From an uncultured Bacilli bacterium (GTDB taxonomy: Bacteria > Bacillota_I > Bacilli_A > RF39 > UBA660): a stretch of DNA of 64,000 bases. Shown in pieces: positions 47,784 through 55,980 of this stretch. The notes under the pieces are model-generated. The model saw nothing but the letters and a program-made list of their open reading frames with translations. It was not told the DNA's origin and did no database searches. Every line of letters begins with the position of its first letter. The first letter of the stretch is position 1. The stretch covers positions 79,755-143,754 of the forward strand of contig CALVKN010000068.1 in NCBI GenBank assembly GCA_944332715.1. The letters are read 5' to 3'. The translations under genes were made by a program, and so were the position numbers.

Positions 47784-48398
47784 ATGAAGGAACTCTCGCT
47801 CAACATTCTCGACATCGCCCAGAATTCCATCCGCGCCGGCGCGCGGCACGTGGAGATCGCGCTCACGGACGGCGGCGGATGGCGCACGCTGACCGTGACG
47901 GACGACGGCAGCGGAATGGACGAGGCGCTGCTCCGGCGGGTGACGGACCCGTTTGCGACCACGCGCACGACGCGGCCGGTGGGGCTGGGGCTGCCGCTGC
48001 TCAAGCTGGCGGCCGAGCAGACGGGCGGCGCGCTTTCCATCGACTCGCGCACGGCGCAGGCCGGGGACGCGGGGGCGGCGTTTGCGGCGGGCAGCGCGCA
48101 CGGCACGCGCGTGACGGCCACGTTTGACCCGGGGCACATCGACTGCGTGCCGCTGGGCGACCTGGCGGCGACCGTGGTCACGCTGCTGCAGGGCAGCCCG
48201 GAGCTCGACTTCCGCTTTACGCTCGCGCTTGCCGGCATGGCGGAGCCGTTCGTGCTGGACACGGCACAGATGCGCGCGGCGCTCGGCGGCGAGGTGCCGC
48301 TCAGCGAGCCGGAGGTGCTGGCCTGGGCGCGGGAGGGCGTCGAGGAGGCGCTCTCGGCGGTGCCGGCGCAGGAAGCGGCCTGGATGGAAACACCCTGA
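47784..48398 (+). CDS. GHKL-family ATPase (histidine-kinase-like ATP-binding domain only)
   Basis: N box is LDIAQNSIRAG, G1 is DDGSGM and G2 is GLGLPLLK. There is no DHp/His phosphoacceptor, TM or sensor domain. It starts 1 nt after the PHP stop codon. Confidence 0.78.
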   Translation: MKELSLNILDIAQNSIRAGARHVEIALTDGGGWRTLTVTDDGSGMDEALLRRVTDPFATTRTTRPVGLGLPLLKLAAEQTGGALSIDSRTAQAGDAGAAFAAGSAHGTRVTATFDPGHIDCVPLGDLAATVVTLLQGSPELDFRFTLALAGMAEPFVLDTAQMRAALGGEVPLSEPEVLAWAREGVEEALSAVPAQEAAWMETP

Positions 48399-48438
48399 CA
48401 GGTTTTCATAGATGACATTCAGAAAGGAAGAACAAGGC

Positions 48439-48813
48439 ATGAAATCGCTAGCTGAACTGCAGGCAATCCGGGACAAGATGAAGGGCAGAGTGGCCCTGCG
48501 CGAGGGTGTCCAGTCCATCCGCATCGTGGTGGGCATGGCCACGTGCGGCATTGCCGCCGGCGCGCGCCCCGTGCTGAACACGCTGGTCGAGGAGATCGAG
48601 CGCCAGGGCCTGGGCGACACCGCGACCGTGACGCAGACCGGTTGCATCGGGATCTGCCGGCTGGAGCCGATCGTCGAGGTGTACGAAAACGGCAAGGACG
48701 AGAAGGTCACCTATGTGAAGATGACGCCGGAGAAGGCCCGCCGCGTCGTGGAAGAGCACATCAAGGGCGGCAAACCCGTCTATGAATACACCATCGGCGA
48801 AGCCCAGAAGTGA
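48439..48813 (+). CDS. Thioredoxin-like [2Fe-2S] ferredoxin (HydD-type small subunit)
   Basis: 124 aa from MKSLAELQAIRDK. Cluster motifs are ATCGIAAG and GCIGICRLEP. Confidence 0.8.
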   Translation: MKSLAELQAIRDKMKGRVALREGVQSIRIVVGMATCGIAAGARPVLNTLVEEIERQGLGDTATVTQTGCIGICRLEPIVEVYENGKDEKVTYVKMTPEKARRVVEEHIKGGKPVYEYTIGEAQK

Positions 48814-48832
48814 CAGTGTTGGGAGGTAAACC

Positions 48833-50629
48833 ATGATTCGTTCACACGTACTGATCTGCGGCGGCACGGGCTGCACCTCGTCGGGCAGCCCCGCGATCCG
48901 CGCGCATCTGGAAAAGGAGCTGGCCGCGCACGGCCTGTCCGACGAGATCAAGGTCGTGCAGACGGGCTGTTTTGGCCTGTGCGCGCTCGGCCCGATCATG
49001 ATCGTCTATCCCGAGGGCACGTTCTACAGCCGCGTGACCGAGGCGGACGTGACGGAGATCGTCGAGGAGCACCTGCTCAAGGGGCGCGTCGTCGACCGCC
49101 TGGTCTACAACGAGCCGGCGCCCGGCAACGAGAAGCACGAGGTGGCGTCGCTGTCCGACACGGGCTTTTACAAGACGCAGCTGCGCGTCGCGCTGCGCAA
49201 CTGCGGCGTCATCAACCCGGAGGACATCGAGGAGTACATCGGCGTGGACGGGTACCAGGCGCTCGGCAAGGTGCTCACCGAAATGACGCCCGAGGAGGTC
49301 ATCGACCTCATGAAGCGCTCCGGCCTGCGCGGCCGCGGCGGCGCGGGCTTCCCGACCGGGCTCAAGTGGGAGTTTGCGGCCAAGAACGTCTGCGACGAGA
49401 AGTACGTCATCTGCAACGCCGACGAGGGTGACCCGGGCGCGTTCATGGACCGCTCGGTGCTCGAGGGCGACCCGCACGCGGTGCTCGAGGCCATGGCCAT
49501 CGCGGGCTATGCCATCGGCGCGCACCACGGCTACATCTACGTGCGCGCGGAGTACCCCATCGCGGTCAAGCGGCTGGAGATCGCCATCGGCCAGGCGCGG
49601 GACTACGGCCTGCTCGGGAAGAACATCTTCGACAGCGGGTTCGACTTTGACATCGACATCCGCCTGGGCGCGGGCGCGTTCGTGTGCGGCGAGGAGACGG
49701 CGCTGATCACCTCCATCGAGGGCAACCGCGGCGAGCCGAAGAACAAGCCGCCGTTCCCGGCGAACAAGGGCCTGTTCGGGCAGCCGACGATCATCAACAA
49801 CGTCGAGACGTTGGCCAACATCCCGCAGATCATCGTCAAGGGGCCGGAGTGGTTCGCGTCGATGGGCACCGAGACGTCCAAGGGCACCAAGGTGTTTGCG
49901 CTCGGCGGCAAGATCACGAACACCGGCCTCGTCGAGATCCCCATGGGCACCACGTTGCGCGAGATCATCTACGACATCGGCGGCGGCATCCCGGGCGGCA
50001 AGGCGTTCAAGGCGGCGCAGACGGGCGGCCCGTCCGGCGGCTGCATCCCGGCCAAGCACCTCGATACGCCGATCGACTACGAGAACCTGAAGGCCATCGG
50101 CTCGATGATGGGCTCCGGCGGGCTCATCGTCATGGACGAGGACAACTGCATGGTGGACGTGGCGCGCTTCTTCCTGGAGTTCACCGTGGACGAGAGCTGC
50201 GGCAAGTGCGTCCCGTGCCGCATCGGCACGCGGCGGCTGCTGGAGCTGCTCAACAAGATCACCGAGGGCAACGGCACGCTCGAGGACATCGACAAGATGG
50301 AGGAGCTGTGCCACTACATCCAGAAGAACGCGCTGTGCGCGCTCGGGCAGACGGCGCCGAACCCGGTGCTGTCCACGCTGAAGTATTTCCGCGAGGAGTA
50401 TGAGGCGCACGTGGTGGAGAAGCGCTGCCCGGCGGGCGTGTGCAAAAAGCTCCTGCACTATGAGATCGACCCGGAGAAGTGCCGCGGCTGTACCGCGTGC
50501 GCGCGCAAGTGCCCGGTGGGCGCGATCCAGGGCAAGGTGCGCGAGGTGCATACGATCGACAAGGCCAAGTGTATCAAGTGCGGCGCGTGCATGGAGACGT
50601 GCAAGTTTGGCGCCATTTCGAAACAGTAA
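48833..50629 (+). CDS. hydB: NuoF-like NADH-binding flavoprotein subunit of the bifurcating [FeFe]-hydrogenase (HydB)
   Basis: 598 aa. N-terminal thioredoxin-like 2Fe-2S domain (CGGTGCTSSG...CFGLCALGP), FMN/NADH motif GLRGRGGAGFPTGLKW, N3 cluster motif CGKCVPCRIG, and C-terminal CRGCTACARKCP and CIKCGACMETC. Confidence 0.95.
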   Translation: MIRSHVLICGGTGCTSSGSPAIRAHLEKELAAHGLSDEIKVVQTGCFGLCALGPIMIVYPEGTFYSRVTEADVTEIVEEHLLKGRVVDRLVYNEPAPGNEKHEVASLSDTGFYKTQLRVALRNCGVINPEDIEEYIGVDGYQALGKVLTEMTPEEVIDLMKRSGLRGRGGAGFPTGLKWEFAAKNVCDEKYVICNADEGDPGAFMDRSVLEGDPHAVLEAMAIAGYAIGAHHGYIYVRAEYPIAVKRLEIAIGQARDYGLLGKNIFDSGFDFDIDIRLGAGAFVCGEETALITSIEGNRGEPKNKPPFPANKGLFGQPTIINNVETLANIPQIIVKGPEWFASMGTETSKGTKVFALGGKITNTGLVEIPMGTTLREIIYDIGGGIPGGKAFKAAQTGGPSGGCIPAKHLDTPIDYENLKAIGSMMGSGGLIVMDEDNCMVDVARFFLEFTVDESCGKCVPCRIGTRRLLELLNKITEGNGTLEDIDKMEELCHYIQKNALCALGQTAPNPVLSTLKYFREEYEAHVVEKRCPAGVCKKLLHYEIDPEKCRGCTACARKCPVGAIQGKVREVHTIDKAKCIKCGACMETCKFGAISKQ

Positions 50630-50644
50630 CGGAGGGCTGCATCA

Positions 50645-52522
50645 ATGGAAACTGTGAAAGTCAAGATCAACGGCATCCAGGTCGAGGTGCCAGCGGATGC
50701 GACCATCCTGGAGGCCGCCCACAAGGCGGGCGTGCGGATCCCAACGCTCTGCTACCTCAAGAAGATCAACGCCATCGCCGCCTGCCGCATCTGCCTCGTG
50801 GAGGCGACCGGGGTGCGCGGCCTGGCCGCGGCCTGCGTGCAGCAGGTGGCGGACGGCATGGAGGTGCAGACCAACACCCCCGCGCTGCGCAAGGCGCGGA
50901 AGACCACGCTCGAGCTGATCCTCTCCAACCACCGCATGGACTGCCTGTCCTGCGTGCGCAGCGACGACTGCGAGCTGAGGCGACTGGCGCATGAATACGG
51001 CGTGGACCAGTACAAATACGGCCGCGGCGAGCAGACGGCGCAGGCCGAGGCGCCCGCGGCGAAGCCGGGCGCGCGCAAAATGCGCTGCCGCGTGTGCGGC
51101 GCCGTGTTCGACGAGGGGATGGTCGCCTGCCCGGTGTGCGGCGTGGGGCCGGAGAACTTTGAGCCGGTCGACGAGGCGCCGGCCGTGGACCTGTCGCCGC
51201 GCATCCTGCGGGACAACAGCAAGTGCATTCTGTGCCGCCGCTGCGTGGCCGTTTGCAAGTACAACCAGGGCGTGTCCGTGATCGGCGCGAACGAGCGCGG
51301 GTTCGACACGCGCATCTCCTGCGCGTTCGACATGCCGCTCAGCGACACTTCCTGCGTCAACTGCGGCCAGTGCGTCGCGGTGTGCCCGACCGGCGCGCTG
51401 ACCGAGCGGGACGACACCGACAAGGTCTGGAAGGCGCTGGCCGACCCGTCCAAGGTCGTGATCGTCGGCCCGGCGCCGAGCGTGCGCGCGCAGATCGGCG
51501 AGTGCTTCGGCTATCCGATCGGCACCAACGTGGAGGGCAAGCTCGTGGCGGCGCTGCGCCGGCTGGGCTTTGACCACGTGTTCGACGTGGACACCGCCGC
51601 GGACGTGACGATCATGGAGGAGGGCACCGAGCTGCTCGAGCGGCTGCAAAACGGCGGCGTGCTGCCGCTGATGACGTCCTGCTCGCCCGGCTGGATCAAG
51701 TTCTGCGAGCACTACTATCCCGACATGATCCCGAACCTGTCCAGCTGCAAGAGCCCGCAGCAGATGTTCGGCGCGCTCATCAAGACGTACTGGGCGGAGA
51801 AGAACGGCGTGGACCCGAAGGACATCGTCGTCGTGTCGGCCATGCCGTGCACCGCCAAGAAGTTCGAGATCACGCGCGACCATCAGGCGGCGGCCGGCGT
51901 GCCGGACGTGGACATCTCTCTGACGACGCGCGAGCTGGCGGGCATGATCAAGCGCGCAGGCATCCGCTTCAACGATCTCGAGGACGAAGCGTTTGAGCCG
52001 GCGTTCGGCATCGCCTCCGGCGCGGGCCACATCTTCGGCGCCACCGGCGGCGTCATGGAGGCGGCGCTGCGCACCGTGGCGGAGATCGTAACGGGCAAGC
52101 CGCTCGAGAGCGTGGACTTCCAGGCTGTGCGCGGCACGGAGGCCATCAAGGAGGCCGAGTATGACCTGGCGGGCACGAAGGTGCGCGTGGCGGTCACCTC
52201 CGGCCTGGCCAACGCGAGGAAGCTGCTTGACATGGTCAGGCGCGGCGAGAAGGACTATCACTTCATCGAGGTCATGGCGTGCCCCGGCGGGTGTGTCAAC
52301 GGCGGCGGCCAGCCGCACCAGAGCGGCGAGGTGATGAACTTCACCGACCTGCGCGCCGAGCGCGCCAAGGCGCTCTACAGCGAGGACGCGGGCATGGCGT
52401 TGCGCAAGAGCCACGAGAACCCGGTGGTCAAGGAGCTGTATGAGACGTATCTCGAAAAGCCCGGCAGCCACAAGGCGCACGAGATCCTGCACACGAGCTA
52501 CGTGCGGCGGAGCGTGTACTGA
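50645..52522 (+). CDS. hydA: [FeFe]-hydrogenase catalytic subunit HydA (bifurcating/trimeric type)
   Basis: 625 aa. It has an N-terminal 2Fe-2S domain, a His-ligated cluster motif HRMDCLSCVRSDDC, and ferredoxin motifs CILCRRCVAVC and CVNCGQCVAVCP. H-cluster motifs are TSCSPGW, MPCTAKKFE and EVMACPGGCVNGGGQP. Confidence 0.95.
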   Translation: METVKVKINGIQVEVPADATILEAAHKAGVRIPTLCYLKKINAIAACRICLVEATGVRGLAAACVQQVADGMEVQTNTPALRKARKTTLELILSNHRMDCLSCVRSDDCELRRLAHEYGVDQYKYGRGEQTAQAEAPAAKPGARKMRCRVCGAVFDEGMVACPVCGVGPENFEPVDEAPAVDLSPRILRDNSKCILCRRCVAVCKYNQGVSVIGANERGFDTRISCAFDMPLSDTSCVNCGQCVAVCPTGALTERDDTDKVWKALADPSKVVIVGPAPSVRAQIGECFGYPIGTNVEGKLVAALRRLGFDHVFDVDTAADVTIMEEGTELLERLQNGGVLPLMTSCSPGWIKFCEHYYPDMIPNLSSCKSPQQMFGALIKTYWAEKNGVDPKDIVVVSAMPCTAKKFEITRDHQAAAGVPDVDISLTTRELAGMIKRAGIRFNDLEDEAFEPAFGIASGAGHIFGATGGVMEAALRTVAEIVTGKPLESVDFQAVRGTEAIKEAEYDLAGTKVRVAVTSGLANARKLLDMVRRGEKDYHFIEVMACPGGCVNGGGQPHQSGEVMNFTDLRAERAKALYSEDAGMALRKSHENPVVKELYETYLEKPGSHKAHEILHTSYVRRSVY

Positions 52523-52532
52523 GCCATAAAAA

Positions 52533-52566
52533 AGCGGCCTCCCGATCGGGAGGTCGCTTTTTTGCG
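52533..52566 (+). terminator. Rho-independent terminator of the hydrogenase operon
   Basis: gcggcctccc / gggaggtcgc form a 10-bp stem (one G-U pair) with a gatc loop, followed by TTTTTTG. Confidence 0.85.
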
Positions 52567-52597
52567 TTTCCTGCGCCCAGCGCGCGGCGTGTAAGGG

Positions 52598-54466
52598 CTA
52601 TCCCTGGAACTCGTCGCTGCCGCCGGGCTGCAGCGGCGTGGCGGTGGCGGGCGGCGGGGTGACCGTCAGCCCGGGGTCGGGCGTCTGCGGCGTCAGGCCG
52701 CCCGTGGTGGTCGGGTCGCCCAGGTTCGGGTCGGCAACATTCGGGTCATTTGTACCCGGATCGGTGTTTTCCGGATCGGGGCTGGCCAGCGCGCCCGCGC
52801 CTGCGGGCGAGTAGACCGTGCCGCCGCGCGCGGACAGGTACAGCGTGCCCGTGCTGATGCCGGCGCTCAGGAACTGCGGCAGGTTTTCGTGCAGCGAGAG
52901 CATCTTTTCGTCCAGGTCGGTCGGCTGCCCCACGTGAATTTTCAGCCCGTTTTTCGCGTACATCACGATGGCGAGCGGCGTCGTCAGGTCGAGCGAGGCG
53001 ATGTCGTCGAGCAGCATGTATTCCTCCAGCTTGTTGATCATCGTGATCAACGTGGCGGTGCTGAAGTCGTCCGACTGGCCAAGCCGCTGACCCACCTGGA
53101 AGCCCGTCATGCTCACGCCGGTCACCTGCAGCAGGTCGGTGAGGTCGGTTCCGCCGCCCATGGACAGCACATAGCCGTTGTGGTCGATGATGACGTTGTA
53201 GTCGAGACCCAGGATGCCCGCGACCTCCTTGCGCTCCGTCACCTGGATGCGCACGCGCGCGGGGAAGATGTAGTCCACGGCGTCCACCTGCAGGTACGGG
53301 TCCTCCTCGATGCCGGCGCGCGCCGCGTCGAGGTCGCACAGCAGCATGTGGCGGCCATATTGCAGGCCGGAGAGGCCGATGATATACTCGTCCGAATACG
53401 TCTCGTTCCCGCTCACGACGATGTCCTTGAGCAGGAAGGTGAAGTACAGCGCCGCGAGTACCGCGATCACGATGAACGACACGAACGCGATGTTGGCGGC
53501 CATGCGTTTCATGGCGCGTTTGCGCCGCCGCTGCCGCTTCTGGCGCTGCACGTACGCCTCGTGCTGGCGCTGCGCCTCCTTTTCCCGCTGGCGGCGCTTG
53601 GCCTCGTCGATGCTGCGCAGCGTCTCCGTCTCGTTCATGTTGATGCGCGCCGCAGTGCCGCTGCCGGTGCGGAACATGCGCGTCCGGCTGCCCCGGCGCG
53701 CGGGCGGCGTGTCGTCGTCAAACAGCCGAATGGGCGGCTCGTCCTCGCGGCTGCCAGGCCCGTCCGCCGGCGCTGCCGGCGGCGCGCCCGCAAACGTGGC
53801 GGCGCCTTCGTCGGGCGTCGCTGCGCTTCCTCCGGCCGTTGTGCCGGTTTCCGTGCTGCCTTCCGGCGCGCCGTATGCCGGCGCGCTTTCTTCGTGCGCC
53901 TCATATGCCGGCGCGGTCGCTTCGGGGGCCTGTTCCGCATCGCGCGCCGGCGCGGCGGAGCGGGTGAGGAATGCGGCGGCGTCCATGCCGCCTGTGGGGA
54001 CCGGCTCCTGCGCGGCGGGCGCGGGCTCGTCCGGCAGGGGCTCGTCCGGCAGGGGCGGCTCGCCCTCTGCCGCGGGGTGCAGGCGCGCCACGCGGTGCGG
54101 CGAACCGGCCGCGGCCGCGTGCTGGCGGCGCTTGCCCTTCTTGCGGCGGGCGGCGGGCCTGTCCTCCTGCGGCTCGTCCCGGTCGGCGCGCCGTTTCCGG
54201 TGCGCGGCATCTACCTGCCGGGTCAGGGAGGACACGTCCTCCACCACGTGCTCGCCGTCGTTCCAGGTCAGGTCGGACAGGACGGCTTCGTCCTGCTCGT
54301 CGGAATATTCCACGTCGTCGTCGTCAAACAGGTGGACGAGCTCGGCGTCGTCTTCGGGAGCGGGTTCGTCGAACAGGCCGTCCGTCTCCGGCGCGTCGGC
54401 CGGTTCAAACAGGCTGGACAGCAGGCTGCGTTTTTTTCGTTCGGGGTCCCGTTTCTTCTTTGCCAT
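52598..54466 (-). CDS. ftsQ: FtsQ/DivIB-type cell division protein with a ~320-aa disordered cytoplasmic N-terminus
   Basis: TM helix AANIAFVSFIVIAVLAALYFTFLL is followed by a POTRA-like segment, IVVSGNETYSDEYIIGLSGLQYGRHMLLCDLDAARAGIEEDPYLQVDAV...RVRIQVTERKEV. Position within the dcw block supports the call. Confidence 0.8.
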   Translation of the reverse strand: MAKKKRDPERKKRSLLSSLFEPADAPETDGLFDEPAPEDDAELVHLFDDDDVEYSDEQDEAVLSDLTWNDGEHVVEDVSSLTRQVDAAHRKRRADRDEPQEDRPAARRKKGKRRQHAAAAGSPHRVARLHPAAEGEPPLPDEPLPDEPAPAAQEPVPTGGMDAAAFLTRSAAPARDAEQAPEATAPAYEAHEESAPAYGAPEGSTETGTTAGGSAATPDEGAATFAGAPPAAPADGPGSREDEPPIRLFDDDTPPARRGSRTRMFRTGSGTAARINMNETETLRSIDEAKRRQREKEAQRQHEAYVQRQKRQRRRKRAMKRMAANIAFVSFIVIAVLAALYFTFLLKDIVVSGNETYSDEYIIGLSGLQYGRHMLLCDLDAARAGIEEDPYLQVDAVDYIFPARVRIQVTERKEVAGILGLDYNVIIDHNGYVLSMGGGTDLTDLLQVTGVSMTGFQVGQRLGQSDDFSTATLITMINKLEEYMLLDDIASLDLTTPLAIVMYAKNGLKIHVGQPTDLDEKMLSLHENLPQFLSAGISTGTLYLSARGGTVYSPAGAGALASPDPENTDPGTNDPNVADPNLGDPTTTGGLTPQTPDPGLTVTPPPATATPLQPGGSDEFQG

Positions 54467-54522
54467 GTGGTCCGTTGGCTCCCGGCGTGGGAGCGGTCCT
54501 TCCGGTTGGGGTTGGGCGGGGG

Positions 54523-55806
54523 TCAGTCGGCCTCCCGCCGCACGTGCGCGCCCAGGGCGCTGAGCGTGGCTTCCAGCCGCTCATAGCCGCGGTCGATGTG
54601 CTCGGCGCGCAGCACGGTGGTCACGCCTTTGGCGCGCAACCCCGCAAGCACGAGCGCCGCGCCCCCGCGCAGGTCGTGCGCGGTCACGGTCGCGCCGGTC
54701 AGCTGCGGCACGCCGCGTATGACGGCGGTCCGGTTCTTGATGGTGCTGATGGCGCCCATGCGCGAGAGCTCCTGCGCATGCTTGAACCGGTTTTCAAACA
54801 CGTTTTCGACGATCACGCTGGCGCCGTCGGCCACCGTGCACAGCGCGAAAACCTGCGCCTGCATGTCGGTGGGGAAGCCGGGGTGAGGCAGCGTTTCCAC
54901 GAGCTTGAGCTCGCGCGGGCGGGCGGGGGCGGTGAGCCGGATCGTGCGGTCGCGCACGTCGATGGTGCAGCCGGACTCCGTCAGTTTGGCGAGGGTGCCC
55001 GCCATGTCGTCGGGGATCACGTTTTCCAGCGCGATGCGCCCGCCGGTGATCGCCGCCGCCACGAGCAGCGTGCCCGCGGCAATGCGGTCGGGCCGGATGC
55101 GGTAGGTGACCTCCCGCGGTTCGCAGCCGCCGCGCACGACGATGGTCGAGGAGCCGGCGCCCCGCACGAAAAAGCCGGCGGCGTTCAAAAAATTCTGCAA
55201 ATCCACGATCTCCGGCTCACGCGCGGCGTTGTGGATCACGGTCTCGCCCTCGGCGGCAGTGGCTGCCATGAGAATGTTTTCCGTCGCGCCCACGGACGGG
55301 TAGTCCAGGTGGATGCTGGCCCCCAGCAGCCGCGCGCCGTCGCAGCGGATGCGGCCGCCCTCCTCCCGGATTTCGGCGCGCAGCGCGGACAGGCCGGTCA
55401 GGTGCAGGTCGATGGGCCGGTTGCCGATCTCGCAGCCGCCGGGATAGGTGACCACTGCCCGGTGAAAGCGGCCGAGTACGGGGCCCAGCAGAAAGATGGA
55501 GGAGCGCAGCTCCTTGGAGAGGTCCTCCGGCAGCTCACACCGGCACGCGCCCGACGCGTCGATGCACAGCGTGTCGCCCTCGCCGGGCGCGCCGGCCTGC
55601 GCCGGCAGCCGCTCTGCGCTGCAGCCGAGCAGCCGCAGGATGCGGAGCATGTTTTCCACGTCCGTGAGACGCGGACAGTCCAGCAGGCGGACGCGCCGGC
55701 GGGTCAGCACACAGGCCGCCAGGATGGGCAGTACGGCGTTTTTCGCGCCGCCGATCCGGCAAACGCCGTCGATCGGGTATCCGCCCTCCACGATCAGTTT
55801 CGGCAT
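54523..55806 (-). CDS. murA: UDP-N-acetylglucosamine 1-carboxyvinyltransferase
   Basis: Start MPKLIVEGGYPIDGVCRIGGAKNAVLPILAA with a ggaggtg RBS. 427 aa; EPSP-synthase-like fold repeats. Confidence 0.93.
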   Translation of the reverse strand: MPKLIVEGGYPIDGVCRIGGAKNAVLPILAACVLTRRRVRLLDCPRLTDVENMLRILRLLGCSAERLPAQAGAPGEGDTLCIDASGACRCELPEDLSKELRSSIFLLGPVLGRFHRAVVTYPGGCEIGNRPIDLHLTGLSALRAEIREEGGRIRCDGARLLGASIHLDYPSVGATENILMAATAAEGETVIHNAAREPEIVDLQNFLNAAGFFVRGAGSSTIVVRGGCEPREVTYRIRPDRIAAGTLLVAAAITGGRIALENVIPDDMAGTLAKLTESGCTIDVRDRTIRLTAPARPRELKLVETLPHPGFPTDMQAQVFALCTVADGASVIVENVFENRFKHAQELSRMGAISTIKNRTAVIRGVPQLTGATVTAHDLRGGAALVLAGLRAKGVTTVLRAEHIDRGYERLEATLSALGAHVRREAD

Positions 55807-55980
55807 GAAACACCTCCGACGCATCGATTGGACGCGGCGGCGACGGCACGGGCGAGCTCCATGGCGGGACATGGACGGGAGCCGGTGCGGGCAGCCTGCG
55901 TTCCACACACGATATTGTATGCGCGGAAGGTGTCGAATGTTCCCACTATTTTTTACAAGGTGCCGGATTGCGTCAGCCCG

